Shown: one piece after another, positions 11,065 through 23,541 of the stretch
Numbering within the stretch: position 1 is the first letter of the stretch
Layout of the letters: the number at the start of each line of letters is the position of its first letter
Source of the DNA: Paramoeba atlantica
Lineage: Eukaryota; Protista; Discosea
Assembly (NCBI GenBank): GCA_977017575.1
Contig: CDRNVI010000198.1
Coordinates: forward strand, 1 to 62,171
DNA: 62,171 bases
Reading direction: 5' to 3'
Position numbers and translations under genes: made by a program
Notes under the pieces: generated by a model
What the model saw: only the letters and a program-made list of their open reading frames with translations
Told to the model about the DNA's origin: nothing
The model's database searches: none

Positions 11065-12571
11065 TCAATCTTGTTGATGCGAAAATAGGGACGCTTCTCC
11101 TCCTTGTAAATAATTCTGAGTTGGTGCTGGGGGATCATTTTGTTGTTGGTGATGGGAGTGGGGGTGGTGGAGGTGGTGGTGAGATGAGTATTGGGGGGGG
11201 ATGTGGTGGTGATGTGGTGGCAGTGGAGGTTCTTTTTCTTGGAGTGGTAACAACAACCCACCACCCCTTGGCCAAGGTTTTAGAGCGTTTTTGGAGGTGA
11301 TGGTGGTGGTGGTGGGTGGGTGGTTGAGTGGTTGAAACCGCTTTGTGCTGCTGCTGAAGAGGAGGTTGTTTGGTGAGGGAGTGGAGAGAGGGATGGGAGG
11401 GAGGGTAATAATGGAAGAAAGAGAGGGGAGATGATGATGATGATGCTTTTGTTGTTGTTGTTCTGATTGTTGATGGGATGGTTTTGGTGGTGGTAGTTGT
11501 GGTGATGAATCAAAAATTGGTCCTCTGCTGCTGCTGATGGATTTAAAAGGAAGAATAATATTGGGGTGATGATTTCCTTCTTTTGAAGGGAGGACGGAGG
11601 GTAGAGAAGAAGAAATTTGTTGTTGTAGGGGAGGTAAGAGAGGAGTGGCGGCAGTGGTGGTGATTGTGGCGGCAGTGACAGCAGCAGTGGAGGAAGTAGC
11701 AGCGATGGCAGTCCGAGTAGCACTCCTTTTTTGTTGTTGTTGTTGTTGCTGTGAGGAAACAAAAGAAGAAAAAGAAGAAGAACCAGAAAAATGTTGTTGT
11801 TCTTGCATATTGTCATGTTGATCCACAGAATAATCATCAGAATGACCTTCTCCTATGGATTGTTGTGATTGTTGTTGTTGTGTTGCAACACATTGTTGTT
11901 GTTGTTGGAATGAAGTTGTTGTTGGAATTATTGATGAGGTTCTTGTCACCAACTCGCTCTCACCAATCTGCTGAAATCGAGAGTTTTCAACAACAACAGG
12001 GTGAGGAGAAGGATAATGATGATGAAAACATTCTTAGAAGAGATTGGGGTCATCTTTTCGAAGAACCGCTGCTGCTGCTGCTGCCTTTGAAAAATTCTTG
12101 GTGGTGTTGGTGATGGCATTAATATTTCTTGAGGACTCATCATCATCAAGTCCTCTTCCTCTTCCTCTTCTTGATGAATTTGTTGTCTCTTCTTCTGTTG
12201 CTGGGATGATGTTGAGTAGTTGGTGATGTTGGAGGAGAAGGAAGAGGAAGATAATGTTCACAGAAGAAAACTTTTGATGCTTGAGGAGGGGGTTGAGAGT
12301 GGCAATAGAGCCTGGCATAGTCTTCATTCCGCAAGACTCGAACACGACAAAAATTCTTTATCTTCTTTTCAAAATCTTCTGGAGAACAGGAAGAATACTG
12401 ATACAATTTTGGGGACTTTGAGTTGGAGATTATTGTCAAGGAAACTTGGCACCCACAGAGAATCGAGATTTCCATTGCTTTCTTGATTAGACCACTCTTT
12501 CTTTTCGAAAACGTATTTTGTTGGAATCGCCTATCTGAAATTTTCTTGATTGGTAGTTTCTTTCTTCCCAT
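11065..12571 (-). CDS. MADS-box (SRF/MEF2-type) transcription factor with low-complexity Q/S/P/H tail
   Basis: N-terminal MGRKKLPIKKISDRRFQQNTFSKRKSGLIKKAMEISILCGCQVSLTI is a MADS domain. Two inferred phase-0 introns (12271-12201, 12029-11968) join the three open frames. Confidence 0.85.
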
Positions 12572-13111
12572 TTTTCTTTTCTCCTCTCAGCTCTCAGCCT
12601 TTCTTTCTCAGCCTTTCTTTCTCTGTCTTTCTTTCTCTCTTTTCTTTCTCTTTTCTTTTGAAGCTTTCTTCTCTTCAGCCTCTCTCTATTTTGTGTGACC
12701 GTTTCGGGGCAGACTCCTTTTGTTCTTCGTGGCCTAAAAAAGAGTATTATTTTTCTGCAAGATTTCTACAACTAAACTCTTTTTGAACACAGAACTTTTT
12801 TTTGGCAAAAAAACTGTTTGGGAACGAAAAGAAACAAAAGAATAATAAGAAAGAATAATGTATTTTTTGTTTTGGTCTTTTTCTCTCCTCTCCTCTCCTC
12901 TCCTCTCTTCCTCCCCCTATTATCTTCTTCCTTTCCCTGTTCTCATTTTTTTTTTTGTTTTGTGATGTGATTTCTTTTTTTCTTCATGTGTGTGTGTTCG
13001 TTCCCTTGAAGTGAGGTAAAGAGAGAAATCAGATTTTTTTTTGAAAGTGATATCTAACAAACACTTTGAATAATAGACACATAAAGCACCCCCCAAGGAG
13101 CCCAAAAAAAA

Positions 13112-14210
13112 ATATTGTTGAAATCAACAAATGAAAAATATGTTCTTCTCTGAACGGCTGGGGTCAGTTTTCTTTTTGTTTTCTTTTCGCCAATTTGTGC
13201 GTCCCTCTTTTCCTTTTTTTTTTCTTTCTTTTGCTTAATTTTTTTTGTTTGTTTTTCTTTCCTTATTTTAGAAAAAAGAAAGGAGAGGGGTTGTGCACTA
13301 CTGGCTTCCAAAGGGTTCGCTGTGTTGCATTTTTCCCCTGAGGAAGGAATAAGGAATCATCCCCTGAGGAAGTGAGGGACTCCCTTAAGAAATCAAACAC
13401 TGCTATCCAATCTTCAGGGTTTAGATGTTCCTTCCTCCCAGCATGTCAATCCCCTCCTCTGGTGGTGCGGTTTCCGCGGATATAAATGCTTTCTTCAAAG
13501 TGCATTGCCTCGGAGGTTCTACGAAATGAGTCAGGAGCTCATATGGACACAGAGGTACCACTTTGAAAAGTTTCCATTCACTCAAGTGAAAGTGATCGTA
13601 TGCTTAGAGGAGGGCCTGACGCTGCTGGGGTGAGTTGCTTCTCCAGAAGTCTTCAAAAAGACATTTGGTGAGGTTTGGTTTGAACTCAAAGAGCGGGATT
13701 GGTAAACTGAAATCCAGGAGCCAAGAAAGGCTGTCTGATGGGTGTTCCTTCTAAGAGTAACTTAAACCCCCACCCTTAAACCTTTTGACTTTGGGATGCC
13801 AGCAGCTTCTATCTGGGAGCGGTGGAGTTCTTCATTTGGGTGGAAAATACATTGTTGAAAATCAACGATGAAAAAAATACTCTTCTGCGATCGCCGGGCA
13901 GTTTTTTTTTTTCTCCGTTCTTTTCGTTTTTTTTTGGGGGGGGGGCGGGATGAAAGAAATTTTTTTCTTTTCTTATTTTAGAAAAAGAAAGGAGAGGGCT
14001 TCACACTGTCCTGCATTCTGTAGTGAAAGGCCAGAGAAGATTTTTTAGAAGGGGTATTATTGAAATCAACAATGAAAAATACTCTTCTGTGAACGGGTCA
14101 GTGTTTTTTTTTACCCCCCCTTGTTCTTTTCGTTCTTTTGGCCAATTTGAGCGTCGTTCCTCTTTCTTTTGGTTAATTTTGTTTTTCATTTTATTTTTCG
14201 AATTTTTTTG
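13112..14210. repeat. Three related 150-200 bp modules (about 13112, 13849, 14056) flanking GC-richer degenerate sequence
   Basis: Shared core (a/t)attgttgaaatcaacaatgaaaaata..cttct. Two copies are followed by T-rich tracts ending in ttattttagaaaaagaaaggagaggg, which look like + strand GT..AG introns. Confidence 0.6.
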
Positions 14211-14762
14211 AATAAAGATAAAATTTTATTTGAGATCAAATGGTTTTCAAAGAAGGGGAATAACGGTCGAGGATGAAGATGCTGGGAGAAAGATGATACA
14301 TCACCTAGGAGATCGGAGAGAGGATAATATTTGTTTAAGGGTCTGTTTCTCCTCAGGGGTGGTGTCTTTGTTCCTTCCTGCATCATTGAAGTCTGCCTCA
14401 TTTAGTGGCCACTCTCAACATATTCCCCTTACATATCATAATTCTTTGTATTGGTGCGCGGGTGACTGAGGGTGTCACCCATGTGTGTCAGAGCGGGGCT
14501 TGTTGGGTTGTCGGATCACATGCCAAAAGCGTGTGGGGTTTCGTGGCTGGACACAACCCCCGAAACATCAATGCACAGTGCATCACCCAGGTTTTGGCCT
14601 CCAATGTCCCACAAAACCACACACACAAACTGTTGATTTCATTGAATTTTAATTTTATTTTTTGATTTGGTTTTCTCGAAGTATTTAGGAAGGGTTTGCT
14701 TTTGAGGAATCTTGCTGACTTGAAAAAAGAACGGAAATATAAAAATAAAGAAGAATTGAAAA

Positions 14763-17700
14763 TTATCCTTCCCATTTTAATATATCAACTTTGTCTTTGT
14801 TGTGTTCAACTTTTACATGACAACAAAAACTGTGAATACAAAAGATAACTGGAACAAAAAAGATGACAATCCCAATTCCCACAAACACAAAGAAAACTGG
14901 ATTGAATGTAAATTCACCAGGAGGATTCAATGGAAAACATGGAGTTTCTTCATCCATGACACACATCCCAGTCCCTTCTTCAGAACAACAACGGGGGAGT
15001 GGACAATTAATGAAATTGTTTCTCAGGTCAAAATCAATTGAGCAAAGCCAAGTTTCTGGATCAAGAACCCCACTCAAAGAATTGGATTTCAAATTCCTAA
15101 TGAAAAAAATCAAAATTAAACAAAACAACAAATTTGTTTGAAATAATAAATAATAAAAAAAGAACGAACAATTTTTGTAATTTGTAAAGGTCAAATAATT
15201 CAGATGGAACTGTTCCATTGAACTTGTTATGAGAAAGCAACCTAAAAAAAAAAAAATCAAATCAATTCAAAAAAAAATCTGAGGAAAAAAAAAAGGAAGG
15301 AATCACAAACAAGTTTTGCATTTTGAAAATTTCTCCAATTTCTGTTGGAATTTCTCCTTCGAATAAATTAGAAGTTAGATCTCTGCAAAAGAAAGAAAAT
15401 TAAAAAGTAGAAGAGAAGGTTTGAGAAAGAAAGAAGAAGAAAAAAATTATGTTATTCAATAATATTTGAGAAAGAAAATATTCATACAAATTCGATAATC
15501 GAGAGATTTCTCCTATTTGGGTTGGAAGAGTTCCATTGAATTGATTTCGAGAAAGGGACCTTTGAATAAAGGGAGTCAAAAAAAAAAAAAAAGATACAAT
15601 AATAAAAATTATTATTATTTATTATTTATTATTTATTATTTATTATTTATTATTTATTATTTATTATTTATTATTTATTATTTATTATTTATTTATTTAT
15701 TATTATTTATTATTATTTATTATTATTTATTTTAAAAAGAAAAAACATCATACATGACAGTCAAATGAGAGAGTCTTCCAATTTCGGTTGGAATTTCTCC
15801 CTCTAACAAGTTGAAATTGAGATAACTAAAAAAATTCAAAAAAAAAAATCAATCAGTTTCAACAAAATAAAAAGAAAAAGAAAAAAGAAAGTTGCATACA
15901 TTTCCTCTAATTTTGTAAGCTTTCCAAGGTGTGATGGGATTGATCCACTTAACAAATTGAATTCAAAATACCTAAAAAAATCAAAAAAAAAAAAAATTAT
16001 TCCAAAAACTCTTTGCATTTTTACATATCACTTTTTTGAAAAATTTGGGAAAGACATACAAGCCAAGCATTTGAGTAAATCTCCCAACTTCCGTAGGAAT
16101 TGTTCCAGTTAATGAATTGCAACAAAGATCCCTTTCAAAAGAAAAAGAAGAAAATGATTAACAAATTGATTTAAATAATCAAAAAAAGAAAAACAAAAAA
16201 GGAACAAAAAAAGGAAGAAAAGGAAGAAACATACAGCCATTCTAATTGGACAAGTTGTCCAAGTTGTGTAGGGATTTTTCCACTCAACGAGTTGGTTGCA
16301 CAATCGCTGTCAAAAAAGAAATAAATAAATAAGATTTTAAAAAATCAAAAAGAATTTCTCAAATCGTTTCTTCAATAATTTAGTAAAAAAAAAAACTGAA
16401 TTATTTTCTAATTTAAAAATTGTTGAATATTCAAAAAAAAAAAAAAAAAAGAAAATCATACAAATCTGCTAACTGAGAGAGTAATCCAAGTTGGGTTGGA
16501 ATTTTTCCAGTTAAAGAGTTAACGGAGAGGTATCTAATCAAAGAGAAATCATAATTAAAATTACTTCATTCAAAGCAAAATAAATGCAAATAAAAAATAA
16601 AAAATAAAAAATAAAAAATAAAAAATAAAAAATAGAATCCAAAATTAAGAAAATATAATACTCCAATTGAGAAGAATAATTCCTTTACATAAATTAGAAA
16701 ACACATTTAAAAAAAGAAAGAAAACATACAAAATATTTAAATGGGAGAAGTTTTCAATTTCTGTGGGAATTTCTCCATCTAAAATATTGGAACTCAAGTC
16801 CCTGAAAAAGATAAAGAAATTTAAAATTTAAATTTAAGAGTTAGAAAAAGAAAACAGAAAAAGGAAAATTAAAAAAAAACAAAAGAAAAATATTTTAAAA
16901 AAAAAAGATGAAAGAAAAAGGATTTAAAAAAAAAATCATTACAATTGTAACAACTGAGAAAATCGGCCAATTTCTGTTGGGATTGTTCCACTTAAAGAGT
17001 TGAAATTAAGAAACCTGAAAAAAAAAAGAAATGAATCAAAAGAGAAAAGAAAAAAAGAAAAAAAAAAAATTAAATATCACAAGAACAGAAAAGAAAGAGA
17101 CAAAAGGAAAGAGGCAGAAAATGGAGAGAAAGGGAGAGAAAACAACAACAACCAGAGAGAGAGAGAGAGAGAGAGAAAGAAAAAAAAAATCATACAAATA
17201 ATTGAGGTGGTAACTGTTTCCAATTTGAGTTGGAATTGTCCCCGTGAGAGAATTAAAACCAAGTTGCCTTGAAATTGAATGAATTAATTTTGTTTTGTTT
17301 CCTTTTTTTTTTTGCAAATGTGAAAATTGGATGAAAGTTGAATGAAAGAAAAAAGAAAAAGAAAAAGAAAAAAAGAAAAGAAAGGAAAAGAAAAGGGAGG
17401 GAAAAAAAAAAGAAAGAAAGAAAATGATACAAAAAATTCATTTGATTGAGTCTCCCAATTTGAGTTGGAATTCCTCCACTAAGCGAATTTGAAGAAATGC
17501 CACTGAAACATTATAATAAATAAAAGAAGAAAAAAAAGCTCTCCAAAGAGTCAAGGAAAAGAGAAAAGAGAAAAGAAAAGAAAAGAAAAAAGAAAAAGAA
17601 AAAAGAAAAGAAAAAAGAAAAGAAAAAAGAAAAGAAAAAAGAAAAAGAAAAAGAAACAGGTATTTTAAAGGAGAAAGATCTCCAATTTGAGTTGGAATGG

Positions 17701-20644
17701 TCCCATTAAAAGCATTGGTATTTAACGAACTGAAAAAAAAAAAAGAAAATGAAAAAAATATAAAAAATAAAATGAAAAAAAATGAAAAAAAAAAAAATGA
17801 AAAATGAAAATTAAACTCAATTTCAATATTTTTCATTCTTCAACAATCCAAAAAAAAAAGAAAAAAAAAGAAAAAAAATGAAAAAAAAAAAAGAAAAGAA
17901 AAGAAAAGAGAGAAATTAAACATTTTAGTGATGCGTTTGAGTTTCCCAATTTGGATTGGAAGAGTTCCCTCTAACAAGTTGAAATTCAAGGATCTAAATT
18001 GCTCACATCAACAAAAGAGATAAAGAAAAAGAAAAAAGGGAAAAAGGAAAAAGGGAAAAAGGGAAAAAGAACAAAAGGAAAAAAGGAAAAAAGGAAAAAA
18101 GGAAAAAAGGAAAAAAAAAGGAAAAAAGGAAAAAAAAAGAAAAAAGGAAAGGAAAAAAGGAAAAGATACAGTTCTTGCAATTGAGAGAGTTCTCCAATTT
18201 CATTGGTAATTGTTCCAGTTAATTGATTGGTCGAAAAGTCCCTAAGAAAAATGAAAATGAGAAAACGAGAAAAACAAAAACAAAAAACAAGAGAAAGAGA
18301 AAGAGAGAAGAAAAAAAGAAAAAAGAGAAAGAGAAAAAGAGAAAAAGAGAAAAAGAGAAAGAGAAAATCATACACTATTTCCAAATTACGGAGTTGTGCA
18401 AATTCGTTTGGGATTCCACCAACAATTTTGTTTTTGAAAAGACACCTAAAATTGAGAAAAAGAGAGGGAGAAAGAAGAAAGAAATCGAGGGACAAAAAAG
18501 GGGGAAATGGGAAAGGGGAAGAGAAGAGAAGAGAAGAGGAAGAGAAGAGAAGAGAAAGAGAAGAGAAGAGAAGAGAAGAGAAGAGAAGAGAATCAGACAG
18601 AAGCACCAGAAATAACAAGAAAACAAAGACAAAAAAAAAACCCCAAAAAGAAAAAAGAAAAAGAAAGAAAGAAATACATTGAAGTCAGAGAGGTCATATT
18701 TCCTACTTCAGTGGGAATTGTTCCTTCCAATGCATTCGAAGAAAGATCTCTTTTAGAGGAGAGAAGAGAGAGGAGAGATATGAAGAGAGAAAAAAAGGGA
18801 AAGAGGAGAAGAGAAAAAGAGAATAGATGAGAAAAAAGAAAAGAAAAAATAAAAATAAAATAAAAATAAAATAAAAAATAAAAATTAAATAAAAAATAAA
18901 AAATAAAAAATAAAAAATAAAAAATAAAAAAATAAAAAATAAAAAAATAAAAAAATAAAATAAAAAACAAAAAATATAAAAAAACAAACAATTTTTGTAA
19001 AGTGGTGAGCCCTCCAATTTGAGTTGGAATTGTTCCATTCAACGAATTCTTTGAAAGATCCCTTTGAAAGAAAGAAAGAAAGAAAGAAAATAAGAAGTAA
19101 GAAAAGAAAGAAATAAGGAATCTAAACAAAAGAGAGAGAGAGAGGGAAGAGGGAAGAGAGGAAAGAGGAGAGAGAAGAGAGGAGAGGAGAGAGAGGAGAG
19201 AGAGGAGAGAGAGGAGAGAGGAGAGAGAGGAGAGAGAGGAGAGAGAGAAGAGAAGAGAAGAGAGGAGAGAGAGGAGAGAGAGAAGATGAAACAAAATTCA
19301 TACAAAGTAATCAATCGAGGAATGAGGCCTGTTGCAGCCGGAATTGTTCCACTCAATTGGTTTGAAGAAATATCCCTATTATTAATACAATGAATACAAA
19401 AATAAGGAAAAGAAAGAGAAGGAAAGAGAAGGAAAGAGAAGAAAAAGAAAGAGAGAAAGGAAAAAAGAAAGGAAAAAAAAGAAAGGAAAGAAGAAAAGAA
19501 AAAAGAAAAGAAAAGAAAAATGATACAAATTATACAATTGAGTGAGGGTTTCAAGAGTTGGAACTGTCCCTGATAATAAATTGGAACCAAGATTCCTACA
19601 ATCTCATTGAATTAGAAAATTAAGAAGAAAAAAGAATAAAAAATAAAAAATAAATCAGAGGGAGAAAAGAGAAAGAAAAGAGAGAAAGGAGAAAGAAAAG
19701 GGAAGAGAGAGAAAAGAGAGAGAAAGAGAGAAAAGAGAGAAAGAGAGAAAAGAGAAAAAATACAAGAATTGCAATTGAGAGAGCTCTCGGAGATCTGCTG
19801 TGACAGTTCCAGATAAATAGTTTTTCGCAAGAAGCCTTTAAAAAATTTCAATAAATAAATAAAAATGTTTTGAAATTCGAAAAAGAGAAAAAGAGAAAGG
19901 AGGAAAAAGAAAATAAAGAACACAGAAAATAAAGACAATTAAAAAAAAAACACAAAATAAAAATACATAAAAAAAATACATTCTATTCTTCAAAAATCCG
20001 CATATCAAAAATAAATAAACAAAAAAAAAAAAAAAAATAAAATAAAATAAAATAAAATCAATTACAATTGAACAACAGAAAAAGTATTGTCATCAGAAAA
20101 ACAAACAACCTTTTCCCAATTATTTTGACAAGGACAAACAAAAAACAAAAAACAAAAAACAAAAAACAAAAAACAAATAACAAGAAAAAAGAAAAGAAAA
20201 GAAAAGAGAAGAAAAGAAAATCAATTACAATTGAACAACAGAAGAAGTATTGTTATCAGAAAAACAAACAACATTTTCCCAATTATTTTGACAAGGAAAA
20301 AAACAAAACAAAAAACAAAATAAAATAAGAAAAAAAAAAGAAAAGAAAAGAAAAGAAAAGAAAAAGAAAAAGAAAAGAAAAAGAAAAAGAAAATCAATTA
20401 CAATTGAACAACAGAAGAAGTATTGTCACCAGAAAAACAAACAACATTTTCCCAATTATTTTGACAAGGATCACCATTAAGCCACCCAGCTTTTGTTCTC
20501 CAATTTTTGCCGTCTGTTCCCCAATATAAATTGGACAGAGCTGTTTTTTTTTTTGTTTTTGTTTTTTTGTTTTGTTTTGTTTTTTGTTTTTGTTTTGTTT
20601 TGTTTTTGTTTTGTTTTTGTTTTGTTTTTTTGTTTTTTTGTTTG

Positions 20645-20675
<31 letters not shown>

Positions 20676-21174
20676 TGTTTTTTTTTTGTTAGAAGATCAT
20701 CATTAGAAATAAAAAATAGAAGAAAGAGAGAGGAGGAGGAGAGAGGAGGGAGGAAAAAGGAAGAGGAGAGGAAAAAGGAAGAGGGGAGGAAAAGAAAAAA
20801 GCTTCAAAAGAAAGGACGAAAGAACGCACAGAGAGAGAAAAAAAGCTTCAAAGGAAGAAAAAGAAAGAACCAAAGAGAGAGAAGAAGAAAAAAGAAGGAA
20901 AAGAAAAGAGAGAGAGCTTAAAGGGAAGAAAAAGAAAGAGGGAGAAGAGAGAGAGAGAGAAAGAAAAGAGAAAGAAAGAGGAAAAACCAAGAATTTCATT
21001 TGGTGGTGTCAGTCCTTTGATTGGAAACACCAACAAGAGGGAAAGAATCTGAGTTGAAAGAATTTAATAAAAGAAAAAGAAAAAGAAAAAAGGAAAGAAA
21101 AGAGAAAAAGAAAAGAGAGAAAAAAAAAGAAAAAAAATTCAAACCAAAAATGAGATCAAAGCAGGAGTCCTCAT
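14763..21174 (-). CDS. Plant-type LRR receptor-like protein (signal peptide, LRR N-cap, about 22 LRRs, TM, short tail, no kinase)
   Basis: Spliced start MRTPALISFL|ILSLLLVFPIKGLTPPNEIL|ALSNLYWGTDGKNW..GWLNGDPC..W..VVC. Then 21 phase-2 exons (twenty of 72 nt, one of 69 nt) encoding xLSxNxLxGxIPxxIGxLxxL. Last exon 15096-14763 has a Cys cap, a hydrophobic TM (VFFVFVGIGIVIFFVPVIFCI) and a TAA stop. Confidence 0.92.
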
Positions 21175-21578
21175 TTCTTCTCTTTTTTTTTTTACAGGAA
21201 AGGAAAAGTAAAAATGAGTCCCCAAAAAAAAAACTCCTCTTTTCTCTCTTTTCTTTTCTTTTCTTTTCTTCTCTCTTTTCTTCTTTTCTTTCTTTTTCTC
21301 TCTCTTGTTTTTTTTTCTTTCTTTTTTTTTCTCGAAACAAAAAAAAGAGAGCGCAAAAAAAACAAAAAAAGCGTTGCGTTTCTTCAAGGAACCGATTTTT
21401 TCTATTTTTGGTAATTTTTGGTTTGTTTGAGACGGCGTCGAAAAATTCGCTTTTGTCCCCAATTTTTTTGTTTTCTCTTCAAAAATTTTTAAATTGTTTT
21501 AATTTTTTTTGGTTCATTTTCAAGAAGGAGATTTTTGGTGTGAAAAAGGGTAAGGGCGAACTTTCATGAAGTCAATTT

Positions 21579-23144
21579 TCACCTTTTTTTTCTGAACCGA
21601 AAATTAGTTTAGAAAAAAAGAGGACAAAAGAAACCAAAAAAGAACTTTTACCTTTGAAGGTGTTGAATCTGTTGGTTGTTTTGGAGACACTGCTTTTGTG
21701 CTCCTTGGTTGCCTGACTTTTGGTGTTGTTGTTGTGGTTGTTGTTGAAACTTTTGTGGGTGATTTTGTGGGTGATTTTGTGGGTGATTTTGTGACTCTTG
21801 GGGATGGAGATGTTGGTTCGATGGTACTTGATGATGTTGGTGTTGTAATTTTTGAGGTTGTGGATGGTGTAACTTTTGGAGAGAGTGTTGCTGAAACTGC
21901 AAGATCTGATTCCAGAGGTGCTGTAGTTGTTGGAACTTCTGGTGTTATTTTTGGGATTGTTGATGTTAGAGTTGGTGATGTTGATGTTGATGTTGATGTT
22001 GGTGATGTTGATGTTGATGTTGGTGATGTTGATGTTTGTAATGCTGGTGTTTGTGTCGATGTTTGTGATGTCGATGTTTGTGGAGTTGAAGAAACAGAGG
22101 GAATGGAAGAAATAGTGGATTGTTGAACAGGTGCTTTTTTTCTTTTTTTTTTTTTCTGTACAAGATCCAAGGGGTTATTTGTTTTCCTTTTCTGAAAATA
22201 AGAAGAACAATCAGATAAGAGTTCTCTCAAAATCAAGAAATGATATCTTTTTTCCTCCTCACATGATGTGAAATTCTCTCTTTTCCCATCAGAATTCATT
22301 TTGTTCATTTCGGAATTGATTTGTTGTGTCTCAACAAATACCCAATAAAGGTTGTACATTTGATTCAAAAAAGGAAATAAAAAATAAGAATAAAAAATAA
22401 AATGAAACGAAGTACCTTTTTCTCATTGAAAATGGAAGTACGACCTTCTTCATCATCCCTCTCTTCCCTTTTTTGTTTCAAATCTTCTTCGTCGTCGTCA
22501 TCTTCATCTTCTTTCTGAGAGAAAACGAAGAGTTTGTTTTTTGGGGGAGAGAAAGAGAAAAAAGAGAGAAAAACAAACTCGAAGAGTCCGTCTTAATTTT
22601 GAGTCAATTGTTGTATCCACTTGCACTGCCTTTCATTGAAATAAAAAAAAAAGGAAAAAATTAAAACAAAAAAAGCCAAAAAGAAAAAAAGAAAAAAAAC
22701 TTTAAAAAGACCTGTGAATGAGCAACAAATTTTGCCCCCAGCCCAAGTCTATTGTTGATATAAGTTTCTTCTTTCTAGAGGGGTGTGTCTGTGACAGACA
22801 CATTCACACTAAATTCAAAAGAAAAGAAACCGTTGTGGACGAGGCTCATAAAGTTGTTGGAGTTGGGAATTCATCTCTGGACTCGATTCAATGTTTTCTG
22901 GGGGGTGGTAAAAAGAAAAAGAAAAAAAAAAAGGGGTGAGGAAGACAAAGGATTTTTTCTTCAAAAAAAAAAGAAATCTCACTTTCTTTTTGATGGTTCT
23001 GAGATTGCATCTGAGAAATCCAACCAGAAACAATATCATCAACCTGATTTGGTGGACACACAAAAGGTGAGTGGAAAAAAAAAAGAACGAAAAAATAATT
23101 TTTTGAAAATAGAAAATATTATCTTGTACCTCATTTGAGGCCAT
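21579..23144 (-). CDS. Hypothetical protein with RPxRLGLGAK motif (DUF3245-like), acidic/basic blocks and S/T/P-rich tail
   Basis: Manual splicing gives MASNE|VDDIVSGW..|..YEPRPQR|LGLGAKFVAHSQ|AVQVD..|KEDEDDDEED..EEGRTSIF|KRK..TSTSPT..KSPTKSPT|KKR*. The family call comes from motif recall only. Confidence 0.55.
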
Positions 23145-23397
23145 GGTGTGAAACCAAACCAAAAAAACAGACAACAAGCGAGCTCTGATTGAAGTGATCA
23201 ATTTGTCGAAAAGAAAACCAAAAAAAAAAAAAACTGAAAAACCACAACAACGACAAAGTCGACAAAAAAACTGAAAAAAATCCAAAATAAACGAAAAAGG
23301 ACAAAAATCTGAAAAAAAACTTTGTTTCGAGGAAAAAGGCTAAAAATAAGAAACCTAAAAACAGAACAAAGAAAAGTTGGACCCAAATTGAATGAGG

Positions 23398-23405
23398 TGA
23401 CGTCA
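23398..23405. promoter_or_regulatory. CRE/ATF-like palindrome TGACGTCA in a divergent promoter
   Basis: Exact 8-mer palindrome in the roughly 400-bp gap between ATG 23144 (-) and ATG 23542 (+). Function is untested. Confidence 0.25.
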
Positions 23406-23541
23406 GCAAAAGGTCCCTTTTTCTTGGAAAAAAAGACGAGTTTCTTTTCTCTCGCCCGCCTCTCGCTTTTGTTCTCGAGCGTCGCTTTGTCTCTCTCTCT
23501 CTCGCTCTCCCCCCGTTCGTTTTTTGAAAGATTTTGACAAA

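Noticed and set aside
14590-14620. LWDIGGQ as a Roc/Arf GTPase G3 motif downstream of the LRR gene (ROCO-like)
   Set aside because: There is no P-loop or other G motif, stops follow in frame, and the LRR gene already ends with a TM and TAA at 14763.
20515-20530. Frameshift in the LRR N-cap exon
   Set aside because: Recounting gives four C on + (tat tgg gga aca on minus), so the frame is intact.
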